A stretch of 64,000 nt of DNA, taken from Planctomycetota bacterium. Lineage in GTDB: Bacteria; Planctomycetota; UBA1135; UBA2386. Below the pieces are notes generated by a model. The model was not told the origin of the DNA, searched no databases, and saw only the letters and a list, made by a program, of their open reading frames with translations. Shown here piece after piece: positions 50,801 to 61,758 of the stretch. Numbering within the stretch: the first letter of the stretch is position 1; every line of letters begins with the position of its first letter. The translations under genes were made by a program, and so were the position numbers. The stretch is taken from contig OZ245006.1 of the NCBI GenBank assembly GCA_965223545.1, positions 1,664,001-1,728,000 on the forward strand, read 5' to 3'.

Positions 50801-50902
50801 GGACTCGTCTTGCGCTGCCAAGCCGCCGTCCTCGACCCCGGCGGCGCATTCGGCGGACAACTCAGCAGCACCAGCGGCCTCGAGATCGTGATCGGCCAGT
50901 AG
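47822..50902 (+). CDS. Secreted ELWxxDGT repeat protein with conserved C-terminal domain
   Basis: More than 15 G.ELW.(S/T)DGT.AGT repeats; signal peptide (AAAQ); C-terminal YGFGCPGTGG...SGLEIVIGQ. Confidence 0.9.
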   Translation: MPPMPTPRRLVASLFPTVMACIAPAAAQTLVADIAQSPIQIPQPASWPNNPYRAFGGILFGADLTSFGSELWFSDGTVAGTRLLADIEPGYRGSNPRGFATLASGNVVFSAESADLGRELWVTDGTAAGTRLVADLAPGTTGSSPGGLTAIGGVVLFFADDGTRGLELWSTDGTAAGTALVVDLTPGPIGLFAIPPITELSNAALFITAPLGGGWQLWRSDGTAAGTTMLRFEFTATRPRAGGFTTLGTRAVFWGDGAAGAEPWVTDGTSAGTMLLADVLPGALPSQVLGPYAARHFVAAGGRAWFLAFGASVGHELWLTDGTPSGTRIVTTLGSLAARPGALLGEVAGGDLAFMLAMDAAVGQYGLYRSDGTAAGTGLVSVLGKSIENVPTPGVAFAGALYFAGIGNEGTELWRTDGTAAGTAIVSDLRPGATGSVPTEMIDAGGTLVFSADDGTSGRELWLSDGSAAGTRIADLAKGPINSSSHPQLIGVLDGNSYWQVWAGTPGPTSIWRSDGTTAGTTAVLPSAPFVFPPTGFASAVDFAIFGAVDPNIGVEPWVIDSAGVRPLVDLRPGTRGSVRAEFASLGDRIVFAADDGVRGNELWVTDGTAAGTAILADLVPGSSPSDPHSLFAWNGQVFFAATDPTLGTELHVTDGTPSGTRLVQDIYTGRNPALLQPEFTGLGDFVYFAAEDGIHGRELWRSDGTSAGTALVHDTNGISFFGAKPYGMAAVGDRVFFAATVALGQWVLSTDGTPAGTSFVRYVPGRVEGSLQAVDDTQAVYFVSDGANSSALWRTDGTNAGSRQLLTLNTHLLQWVQPEIHNVGDGRVLFTANDGASGQELWVTDGTAAGTRLVVDIAPVDADPTDLQRLGNRVVFSANDGVLGRELHGIDLLDTGAYAADRYGFGCPGTGGVEPSIEARGAVRSSLGSWPLGIDRALPSSAAAVLVGATRLRLPLSGSLCRLWTAPLVALPVAIDPMGSATLNLPAPPVSAGLVLRCQAAVLDPGGAFGGQLSSTSGLEIVIGQ

Positions 50903-50954
50903 ACGCGCCCTGTCCGGAGCCCGGAAGTTGAACGTACGGAGCCTGACCTGAAAC

Positions 50955-52337
50955 TCACCCAGCCTCGGCGATCGGTATGAGCTTGTACCCGAGGGATTTA
51001 GCGTTCTGTCGGAGTCCGACGATGCGTCGCTGGGTGAAGCGCTCCTCGTAGGCCTTGGCGCCTTCGTCTACGTAGTCCTGGCCGAACTTCAGCATGCGGT
51101 AGATGAGCAGGGCCAGTTTGCGGGCGATGGCAAAGATGGCGACGTTGCCGTCCTTCGCGCGGGCGATCTTGCGGAAGTGTGCGCCGAGAGCTGTCTGAGT
51201 ACGTTGGAGGGACAGGGCGGCCATCCGGAGGACCGTGGCGATCCTGCTGACCGCGATGTTGTTGCGGTGCTTCTTGATGCGCTTTCCACCCGAGACGGCT
51301 TGACGTGGGCACAGGCGTAGCCAGGAGACGAAGTGCTTCTCGGTCGGGAAAGCTTCGAGGTCGTAGCCGACCTCGGTGAGCACGATCATGGCCGTGCTCG
51401 GGCTGATACCGTCGATTCGCGTGAGATCACACCCGACGAGCCGGCAGAGGGCATCGCGAAGCTCCCGGCCGCCCTTCGTTCGGATGCTCCTCTCCTTGCG
51501 GGGGTCTGGATGCTCGGGGACGTCGGCCGTCTTGGCTTCCTCCGGTTGCAGGTCCTCGATCATCGCCATCAATCGCTTCTCGACCGACTCGATCTCGTGG
51601 TCGGTGTGCTCGAGCATCCGCAAGCCCGAAGCGAGAGTGAAGATGTGCTCCTCGATCCAGGTCCCTTGCAAGTGATCCGCGAGCTCCTTCTCGGAGATCT
51701 TGCAGCGCGGATCACGCAGTCTGGCGAGCGCTCGAGGGTCGCGTTCACCAGCGAGAATCGCGCGGATGATCGCGAGGCCGGTCTTGCCGGTGATGTCCGT
51801 TACCGCGCGATGGATCGCCACGTTCATCTGATCCAGTGACCGCTGCATCAACTGCGTGTGGCGCGTGCGCTGCGCGATCAAAGACGCGGCATGGCGTTGC
51901 AGGGTCCGCAACGCACAGATGTCCTTCGGAGGCCGGAACGAAGCGCGAATGAGGCCATAGGTGTGTAGCTTCTGCAGCCAACTGCAATCGCTGGCATCGG
52001 ACTTGGAGCGGCCCGGCACGTTCTTCACCTCGCGGGCATTCGCGAGGATGACCTCGAAGCCTCTCGACTCGAGTAGCTCGTAGACGGGAATCCAGTAGAC
52101 ATAGGTGCTCTCCATCGCGACGGATCGCACTCCGAGCTCCTCCAGCCAGTCCGCGAGCGCCTCTAGCTGGGGCGTCGTCGTTCCGAATCGCTTGATCGGA
52201 CGACTGCCGTCGGGTGCTGCTGCGCACACCCAGTGCTCGCGGCTGCCGATGTCGATTCCGGCGGCGTTGGGCTTCACGACTGGCAATACTTCCGCTGCGG
52301 GCTTCTTGCCCTTCCTCGTTCTGCTCTTCCCAGCCAT
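50955..52337 (-). CDS. IS110-family DEDD transposase/recombinase
   Basis: GIDIG, AMEST, KSDASD (RuvC-like DEDD); LTRIDGI, SWLRLCP...SGG, AIARKLA. Confidence 0.95.
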   Translation of the reverse strand: MAGKSRTRKGKKPAAEVLPVVKPNAAGIDIGSREHWVCAAAPDGSRPIKRFGTTTPQLEALADWLEELGVRSVAMESTYVYWIPVYELLESRGFEVILANAREVKNVPGRSKSDASDCSWLQKLHTYGLIRASFRPPKDICALRTLQRHAASLIAQRTRHTQLMQRSLDQMNVAIHRAVTDITGKTGLAIIRAILAGERDPRALARLRDPRCKISEKELADHLQGTWIEEHIFTLASGLRMLEHTDHEIESVEKRLMAMIEDLQPEEAKTADVPEHPDPRKERSIRTKGGRELRDALCRLVGCDLTRIDGISPSTAMIVLTEVGYDLEAFPTEKHFVSWLRLCPRQAVSGGKRIKKHRNNIAVSRIATVLRMAALSLQRTQTALGAHFRKIARAKDGNVAIFAIARKLALLIYRMLKFGQDYVDEGAKAYEERFTQRRIVGLRQNAKSLGYKLIPIAEAG

Positions 52338-52339
52338 AC

Positions 52340-52587
52340 TTCATCCTCATTGTTGTGGTGGGCCCGGCCCGAGGCGGCGATCAAACGAATCTGACCTGCG
52401 GGAGTGGGCACGGCGACGTGCCCCTCACCAGTGAAGGATGGCCAACTCGGACCCAGACTGGCTCTGGGGCAAACGTGCTCCAGTGGCTATTGGGGGCGTA
52501 GCTGCCGGGCCCCTCACACGTTCCCCTCCCCCTTCCTCAGCGGCTAGTTTCCTGCCCTGAAGGGCCGACAAATCTGCCGGGGCAGGA
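52340..52587 (-). ncRNA. Putative bridge RNA in the IS110 non-coding end (copy 1)
   Basis: ~250-nt non-coding end upstream of the transposase with matches to the target half-sites (52458-52464, 52477-52481) and the donor junction (52391-52398). RNA boundaries unknown. Confidence 0.65.
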
Positions 52588-52589
52588 CT

Positions 52590-52634
52590 GGCTCCGATTC
52601 ATCACCCGGCGGTGCCGGGTGATGAATCGGAGCC
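52590..52634. repeat. Central part of the REP-like doublet trapped between the two IS copies
   Basis: GGCTCCGATTCATCACCCGGC-GGT-GCCGGGTGATGAATCGGAGCC perfect hairpin; outer arms at 50927-50943 and 54282-54298. Confidence 0.9.
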
Positions 52635-52645
52635 TGACCTGAAAC

Positions 52646-54028
52646 TCACCCAGCCTCGACGATCGGTATGAGCTTGTACCCGAGGGATTTAGCGTTCTGT
52701 CGGAGTCCGACGATGCGTCGCTGGGTGAAGCGCTCCTCGTAGGCCTTGGCGCCTTCGTCTACGTAGTCCTGGCCGAACTTCAGCATGCGGTAGATGAGCA
52801 GGGCCAGTTTGCGGGCGATGGCAAAGATGGCGACGTTGCCGTCCTTCGCGCGGGCGATCTTGCGGAAGTGTGCGCCGAGAGCTGTCTGAGTACGTTGGAG
52901 GGACAGGGCGGCCATCCGGAGGACCGTGGCGATCCTGCTGACCGCGATGTTGTTGCGGTGCTTCTTGATGCGCTTTCCACCCGAGACGGCTTGACGTGGG
53001 CACAGGCGTAGCCAGGAGACGAAGTGCTTCTCGGTCGGGAAAGCATCGAGGTCGTAGCCGACCTCGGTGAGCACGATCATGGCCGTGCTCGGGCTGATAC
53101 CGTCGATTCGCGTGAGATCACACCCGACGAGCCGGCAGAGGGCATCGCGAAGCTCCCGGCCGCCCTTCGTTCGGATGCTCCTCTCCTTGCGGGGGTCTGG
53201 ATGCTCGGGGACGTCGGCCGTCTTGGCTTCCTCCGGTTGCAGGTCCTCGATCATCGCCATCAATCGCTTCTCGACCGACTCGATCTCGTGGTCGGTGTGC
53301 TCGAGCATCCGCAAGCCCGAAGCGAGAGTGAAGATGTGCTCCTCGATCCAGGTCCCTTGCAAGTGATCCGCGAGCTCCTTCTCGGAGATCTTGCAGCGCG
53401 GATCACGCAGTCTGGCGAGCGCTCGAGGGTCGCGTTCACCAGCGAGAATCGCGCGGATGATCGCGAGGCCGGTCTTGCCGGTGATGTCCGTTACCGCGCG
53501 ATGGATCGCCACGTTCATCTGATCCAGTGACCGCTGCATCAACTGCGTGTGGCGCGTGCGCTGCGCGATCAAAGACGCGGCATGGCGTTGCAGGGTCCGC
53601 AACGCACAGATGTCCTTCGGAGGCCGGAACGAAGCGCGAATGAGGCCATAGGTGTGTAGCTTCTGCAGCCAACTGCAATCGCTGGCATCGGACTTGGAGC
53701 GGCCCGGCACGTTCTTCACCTCGCGGGCATTCGCGAGGATGACCTCGAAGCCTCTCGACTCGAGTAGCTCGTAGACGGGAATCCAGTAGACATAGGTGCT
53801 CTCCATCGCGACGGATCGCACTCCGAGCTCCTCCAGCCAGTCCGCGAGCGCCTCTAGTTGGGGCGTCGTCGTTCCGAATCGCTTGATCGGACGACTGCCG
53901 TCGGGTGCTGCTGCGCACACCCAGTGCTCGCGGCTGCCGATGTCGATTCCGGCGGCGTTGGGCTTCACGACTGGTAATACTTCCGCTGCGGGCTTCTTGC
54001 CCTTCCTCGTTCTGCCCTTCCGAGCCAT
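52646..54028 (-). CDS. IS110-family DEDD transposase/recombinase
   Basis: 460 aa; differs from copy 1 at 4 residues seen (G3R, S5G, LEAF/LDAF, PIAE/PIVE). Confidence 0.95.
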   Translation of the reverse strand: MARKGRTRKGKKPAAEVLPVVKPNAAGIDIGSREHWVCAAAPDGSRPIKRFGTTTPQLEALADWLEELGVRSVAMESTYVYWIPVYELLESRGFEVILANAREVKNVPGRSKSDASDCSWLQKLHTYGLIRASFRPPKDICALRTLQRHAASLIAQRTRHTQLMQRSLDQMNVAIHRAVTDITGKTGLAIIRAILAGERDPRALARLRDPRCKISEKELADHLQGTWIEEHIFTLASGLRMLEHTDHEIESVEKRLMAMIEDLQPEEAKTADVPEHPDPRKERSIRTKGGRELRDALCRLVGCDLTRIDGISPSTAMIVLTEVGYDLDAFPTEKHFVSWLRLCPRQAVSGGKRIKKHRNNIAVSRIATVLRMAALSLQRTQTALGAHFRKIARAKDGNVAIFAIARKLALLIYRMLKFGQDYVDEGAKAYEERFTQRRIVGLRQNAKSLGYKLIPIVEAG

Positions 54029-54030
54029 AC

Positions 54031-54279
54031 TTCATCCTCCTTGTTGTGGTGGGCCCGGCCCGAGGCGGCGATCAAACGAATCTGACCTGCGGGAGTGGGC
54101 ACGGCGACGTGCCCCTCACCAGTGAAGGATGGCCAACTCGGACCCAGACTGGCTCTGGGGCAAACGTGCTCCAGTGGCTATTGGGGGCGTAGCTGCCGGG
54201 CCCCTCACACGTTCCCCGCCCCCTTCCTCAGCGGCTAGTTTCCTGCCCTGAAGGGCCGACAAAATCTGTCGGGGCAGGA
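54031..54279 (-). ncRNA. Putative bridge RNA in the IS110 non-coding end (copy 2)
   Basis: Same guide-like segments as copy 1. Confidence 0.65.
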
Positions 54280-54298
54280 CTGGCTCCGTACGTTCAAC

Positions 54299-55420
54299 TC
54301 AGAAGGTGTCGCGGTTCTTTTCCCACCAGCCGGCCCAGCGCTTCTGGCCGGCGCGGAGGTCGTCGGGGCGGCCGTCGGGGTCGTAGGCGAGCTCTTGGCC
54401 GGTCAAACGGCGCAGGGCGCCGTAGGCGGCGTGGCGCACGATGCTCTCGCTGTCGCCGAGGGCTTCGATCAGGGTTTCGACGCTGGCCGCGGCGCGGAAG
54501 CCGCTGAGGCCATCGATCGTCAGGCGCCGCACGAATGGGTCGACGTCGACGGCCATCGGCAGCAGGGCGTCGAGCACTGCCATGTCGCCGGACTCGAGCA
54601 GCTTGTCTACGGCCTCGAAGCGCGTTCCCGGGTCTGGGTCTGCCAGGCGTGCCACCTCCGTGGCCAGCTCGGGCGCCAACGCCACGATGGGTGCGGCGGA
54701 GCCGTCCTCGGCGGCAACCGATGCCGGCGGCATCATCGCCGGAGCGGGCCGCGCGGCGGCGCGCAGGTCGATCATCGCTGCGGCCAGCTCGCGGCTGACG
54801 TCGCGGACCTCGCGGCCGAACGCCGACAGGGCGGCGCCCTGGTCGCGCTGGCCCTCGCCGAGCTGCGCCACCTCGCGGTGCAAGTCCTTGCTCAGCACTT
54901 CGATGCGGCCGTTGGTGCCCTCGAGCGCAGCCTGCAGCCGCAGCTCGCGGTCCACCATGCTCTGCGCGATGCCGTCGAGGCGCTCGCGCAACCGATCCAG
55001 ATCCGCCGTGCCGGCGAGGACCGCCAGGCGGTCCTCCAGCACCGGCAGTCGTTCGCCCAAACCCCCGACCCCGCCTTCGATGGCGTTGATGCGGCGGGCC
55101 AACGCTTCGCTCTCGACGGTCAGGCGCCAATCGAGAAACATCGCACCGGCGGCGATGGCCGCGAGCAGCACCACCGCCGTGGCCAACAGGCCGCCGCGCG
55201 GCGCGCTGCCGACCGCCACCACCGCGGGGGTGGGCTTGGCGACGGGCGCGGCCGCCGCAGCAGGCTGGGTCGCCTGCGCGATGCCGCGCAGCTGACCCAG
55301 GCAGCACTGGCCGACAACGCGCCCCTTGACGCGCGCGGCGACGCCGAGCTCGAGGTCGCGCTGCGGCACCGACGTGTTGCAGAGGTCGCAGAAGAAAACT
55401 TCGAGTTCCTGTGCTTGCAT
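54299..55420 (-). CDS. Membrane protein: N-terminal Cys motif, TM, coiled coil, C-terminal HEAT repeats
   Basis: CDLC...QCC; hydrophobic helix; LADPDPGTRFEAV, DVDPFVRRL, LGDSESIVRHAA. Confidence 0.75.
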   Translation of the reverse strand: MQAQELEVFFCDLCNTSVPQRDLELGVAARVKGRVVGQCCLGQLRGIAQATQPAAAAAPVAKPTPAVVAVGSAPRGGLLATAVVLLAAIAAGAMFLDWRLTVESEALARRINAIEGGVGGLGERLPVLEDRLAVLAGTADLDRLRERLDGIAQSMVDRELRLQAALEGTNGRIEVLSKDLHREVAQLGEGQRDQGAALSAFGREVRDVSRELAAAMIDLRAAARPAPAMMPPASVAAEDGSAAPIVALAPELATEVARLADPDPGTRFEAVDKLLESGDMAVLDALLPMAVDVDPFVRRLTIDGLSGFRAAASVETLIEALGDSESIVRHAAYGALRRLTGQELAYDPDGRPDDLRAGQKRWAGWWEKNRDTF

Positions 55421-55528
55421 GGCCGTCCCTTTCCGCGCATGCCGCGGTTCCAGGCCTACTAGTCTATCCGATCGGCCCGGGAACCGGGATTTCCACCAGA
55501 TCCGGTGACACGCGGCGCACCGAGCGCC

Positions 55529-56710
55529 TCACGCGTTGCCCGCGGCCTGCTGAACATGCGCCCGCAAGGCGTCCACGGCGTCGGTGGCCTCCCAGGCAAA
55601 CTCGGGCAGCTCGCGGCCGAAGTGCCCGTATGCCGCCGTCTTGCGGAAGATCGGCCGGCGCAGCTTCAGCTTCTCGATGATCTTGCCGGGGCGCAGATCG
55701 AAGACCTGCCGCACCGCTTCGACCAGCGTGTCCTCGGCGACCTTGCCGGTGCCGAACGTATCGACCCGGATGCTCACCGGCTGCGCGATACCGATCGCGT
55801 ACGCGACCTGCACCTCACAGCGGTCGGCGAGATCAGCGGCGACGACGTTCTTGGCAACCCAGCGCGCGGCGTAGGCGGCGGACCGATCGACCTTGGTCGG
55901 ATCCTTGCCCGAGAACGCACCGCCACCGTGCCGCCCCATGCCACCGTACGTATCGACGATGATCTTGCGGCCAGTGAGGCCGGCGTCCGCCTTCGGTCCA
56001 CCCTCGACGAAGCGGCCGGTCGGGTTGAGGAACCAGCGCGTCTCGCTGTCGAGCATCGCCGCCGGCAGCACCGACTCCGCGACCTCGCGCAGAGTGCCCT
56101 TGAGCTGTTCATCGCTGACGTCGGGCGAGTGCTGGTGCGAGATCACCACCGTGTGCACGCGCACCGGGTTGTGGTTCTCGTCGTACTCGACGGTGAGCTG
56201 CGACTTGCTGTCCGGCCGCAAGAACTTGGCTTCACCGCGCCGGGCGTCGGCCAACGCCTCGAGGATCCGGTGCGAGTAGTGGATCGGAAACGGCATCAGC
56301 GCATCCGTCTCCCGACACGCGTAGCCGAACATCATGCCCTGATCGCCCGCGCCGGTTTCGCCGCTCGCCGACGTCCCTTCATCGACACCCAAGGCGATAT
56401 CTGGGCTCTGCGTGCCGATCGCCGTCAACACCGCGCAAGAGTTCGCATCGAATCCGATCGCCGGATCCTCGTAGCCGATCTCGGCAACCATCTGACGCAC
56501 GACGTCCTGGTAGTTGATCTGGGCGTTGGTCGTGATCTCCCCGGTGACGACGACCAGGCCACGCGACGTCGCCGTCTCGCAGGCCACCCGCGAGTTGGGA
56601 TCCTGATCGAAAATGGCGTCGAGCACCGCATCCGAGATCTGATCGCACACCTTGTCCGGGTGCCCTTCACTCACGGATTCACTGGTGAAGAGACGCAACT
56701 CGCTAGGCAT
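55529..56710 (-). CDS. metK: S-adenosylmethionine synthase
   Basis: [49 protein letters not shown]. Confidence 0.98.
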   Translation of the reverse strand: MPSELRLFTSESVSEGHPDKVCDQISDAVLDAIFDQDPNSRVACETATSRGLVVVTGEITTNAQINYQDVVRQMVAEIGYEDPAIGFDANSCAVLTAIGTQSPDIALGVDEGTSASGETGAGDQGMMFGYACRETDALMPFPIHYSHRILEALADARRGEAKFLRPDSKSQLTVEYDENHNPVRVHTVVISHQHSPDVSDEQLKGTLREVAESVLPAAMLDSETRWFLNPTGRFVEGGPKADAGLTGRKIIVDTYGGMGRHGGGAFSGKDPTKVDRSAAYAARWVAKNVVAADLADRCEVQVAYAIGIAQPVSIRVDTFGTGKVAEDTLVEAVRQVFDLRPGKIIEKLKLRRPIFRKTAAYGHFGRELPEFAWEATDAVDALRAHVQQAAGNA

Positions 56711-56892
56711 GGTTTTTCCTTACTTTTGGGCAATCGGAGTGACGACGGAGTGGGCCGCCAGCGGGCTGCGGAAGCCCCTCGGGGGCCCGCGCAGCCGGGT
56801 TTTTTGCGCGCAGGGCAAACTTTTGCGGCGGCAAAGCATACATGGGGAGTGGGGCCGGGGCACGAAGCTCCGGCGAGTCACTGAAACGAACG

Positions 56893-56994
56893 ATGATGTT
56901 GGCAGAATCGCTGCTGCAGGCGTTGGAGCGGACGTCGGTGGCGCTGACCCTACTGGCCGTCGCCATGGTGGTCGCGCTCGCTCTGACCGGCTGA
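56893..56994 (+). CDS. Putative 33-aa small membrane protein
   Basis: MMLAESLLQALERTSVALTLLAVAMVVALALTG*, GC-biased third positions, single hydrophobic helix; below the ORF-track cutoff. Confidence 0.45.
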   Translation: MMLAESLLQALERTSVALTLLAVAMVVALALTG

Positions 56995-57030
56995 TCCCCC
57001 GGTTCCTTTGGCCGGCCGCCTGCGCCTCCC

Positions 57031-58344
57031 TCAGAAGGCGCCCGACCCCGGCTGCGCGAGCACCGGGTCGAGCAGAGGACGGAGACGGGCAAGGGTGCGC
57101 TCGGTCGCACCCTGGTTGTCGCGGATGCGCTCGACCGCGCGGTGGCCGAGGGCGGCGCGCCGGTCGGGGTCGAGGATCAGCTGCTCGAGCGCGGTAGCGA
57201 GCTGCTCATAGTCACGCACCTGCACCACTGCGTCGGCCTCCAACAGCAGCCGGACATCGGTGCGGAAGTTGGCGACGTGCGGGCCGAACACCACCGCCTT
57301 GCCCAGCACGGCGGGCTCCAGCATGTTCTGCCCACCGTGCGGCACCAAGCTGCCGCCGACGAACGCGATGTCGCAGGCACCGTAGAAGGTCTCCAAGTGG
57401 CCGATGGTGTCGACGACGACGATCGTGTCGTCGCCGAGCGCGCCGCGCTCTGGCGGCAACGCACTCCACGACACCGAGGTCATGCCCGCGGCTTGCAGCG
57501 CTTCGCGCACGACGGCGGCGCGCTCGGGATGACGTGGCGCCAGCACCAGCCGGATCCGTCGTGCCAAACGCTGTTCGAGGGCACGCGCCACGCGCGCGAC
57601 GCCGATGTCCTCCTCGCCGTGGGTCGAACCGCCGACCAACACGATGCGGTCGTCCGGCGACAGCCACGCGCGCACCTCCGCCGAACGGGCGCTGGCATCC
57701 TTGAGGGCGACGCTGTCGTACTTGATGTTGCCGGTGACACAGATGCGCCGCGGGTCGATCGACAGTGCGCGCAGCCGCCGCCGGTAGGACTCGTCCTGCA
57801 CGCAGAAGCACGCGATCGATTGGAACTGCGGCAGCAGCCGTCGCACCAAGCGGTAACCGCCGAAGCTGCGCTCCGACATGCGGCCGTTGACCACCGCGAC
57901 CGGGATCCGCCGCTTGGCCGCCGCCTGTAGGAAGTTCGGCCACACCTCGAGCTCGACCAGCAACACGCACGCAGGGCGCACGCGGTCGAGTGCACGCCGC
58001 GGAAACAGGCCGAAGTCGAGCGGGTAGTAGAACACGCGCAGGTCGGGGTGCAGCTTGCGCGCCAGGCCGTGGCCGGTCGGCGTCGTCGACGACAGCACCA
58101 GCTCCGCCGTCGGGTACTCGGCGCGGAGCCGCTCGATCAACGTGCTCGCAGCCTTGACCTCGCCGACCGATACGCCGTGCACCCAAACCACCGGCTGCGC
58201 TCCGCTCGTGCGCGGCACCCAGCCCATGCGCTGGCGCAACCCGCGGCGGTAGCCGGGGATGGTGACCATCCGCCATAGCATGACCGGGCCGTAGAAGAGC
58301 ATCGCCACGGCGAACACGACGTGGTAGACGCCGATGGCCACCAT
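57031..58344 (-). CDS. waaA: 3-deoxy-D-manno-octulosonic acid (Kdo) transferase
   Basis: WVHGVSVGE, ELEVWPN, NGRMSERS, TGNIKYD, GSTH, APRHPER, FVGGSLVPHGGQNMLEP. Start uncertain. Confidence 0.93.
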   Translation of the reverse strand: MVAIGVYHVVFAVAMLFYGPVMLWRMVTIPGYRRGLRQRMGWVPRTSGAQPVVWVHGVSVGEVKAASTLIERLRAEYPTAELVLSSTTPTGHGLARKLHPDLRVFYYPLDFGLFPRRALDRVRPACVLLVELEVWPNFLQAAAKRRIPVAVVNGRMSERSFGGYRLVRRLLPQFQSIACFCVQDESYRRRLRALSIDPRRICVTGNIKYDSVALKDASARSAEVRAWLSPDDRIVLVGGSTHGEEDIGVARVARALEQRLARRIRLVLAPRHPERAAVVREALQAAGMTSVSWSALPPERGALGDDTIVVVDTIGHLETFYGACDIAFVGGSLVPHGGQNMLEPAVLGKAVVFGPHVANFRTDVRLLLEADAVVQVRDYEQLATALEQLILDPDRRAALGHRAVERIRDNQGATERTLARLRPLLDPVLAQPGSGAF

Positions 58345-58405
58345 CCCCCACCACCGCCCGATGCCGGGCGGCGACGGCGCTCGCGGCTCGTCGACCAAGG
58401 CGCCG

Positions 58406-61282
<2,877 letters not shown>

Positions 61283-61299
61283 CGCTGTGCTCTCTGGTG

Positions 61300-61446
61300 C
61301 TCACCCGCCGGCGAGGCGGGTGAGGGTGTCGTTGTCGTCTCACCGCCCGAGATTGAAGGGCGGCACGCAGTGGCCGGCTGTCCGCACCGGAACAGCCGCG
61401 ACGCACACCTCGCGCGGAGGTGTCGGGAGCGCGGCCATGGGCCGCG
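61300..61446 (-). promoter_or_regulatory. Five consecutive stem-loops in the secA leader
   Basis: Stems at 61300-61324, 61343-61363, 61375-61398, 61405-61423 and 61430-61446. Confidence 0.55.
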
Positions 61447-61449
61447 AGC

Positions 61450-61758
61450 TCAGGCCGCGGGCGGTGGCGCGCGGGGCGGCGAAAGGCTGCGGTTCGCCAC
61501 GCATCGCGCCGGTCGATCGGCCGTCGCTGCGCGCCGCGGCGCGCCCGTCGGCACTCGTTCCACCGCGGTGTGCCGCGCCGCGACCACCGCCGCGCGGCGC
61601 GCGGCGTCGCAGTGGCGCTCGAGCACCGGCTCCCGCCCCGCGTGCGCCAAGGAACGCACCACCGGCGCGGCGCCGATGACGAACATCAGCAGGAGCGCCA
61701 CCGCCACGGCCTCGGGGCCGCGCGCGGGCGCTCGCGTTCTCGACGGGTTGCGGGTCAC
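61450..61758 (-). CDS. Putative secretion-monitor arrest peptide (uORF of secA) with RAPP motif
   Basis: N-terminal signal/TM (AVAVALLLMFVIGAAPVV), C-terminus SLSPPRAPPPAA*; GTGA overlap with the upstream gene. Confidence 0.65.
   Translation of the reverse strand: MTRNPSRTRAPARGPEAVAVALLLMFVIGAAPVVRSLAHAGREPVLERHCDAARRAAVVAARHTAVERVPTGAPRRAATADRPARCVANRSLSPPRAPPPAA

Larger units (their letters stand above)
50943..52589 (-). mobile_element. IS110-family insertion sequence, copy 1
   Basis: Boundaries defined by comparison with copy 2; CT(G) core at both junctions; no terminal inverted repeats or long target duplication. Confidence 0.92.
52634..54281 (-). mobile_element. IS110-family insertion sequence, copy 2
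   Basis: Direct repeat of copy 1 with a few substitutions and a 1-nt indel; same CT(G) junctions. Confidence 0.92.

Noticed and set aside
50943..54281. Tandem IS copies as an assembly duplication
   Set aside because: The copies differ at several sites and each has distinct flanks that rebuild a coherent empty hairpin; long reads would still be the final test.
56711..56890. SAM riboswitch upstream of metK
   Set aside because: No recognisable SAM-I or SAM-II consensus by eye; only a generic hairpin.
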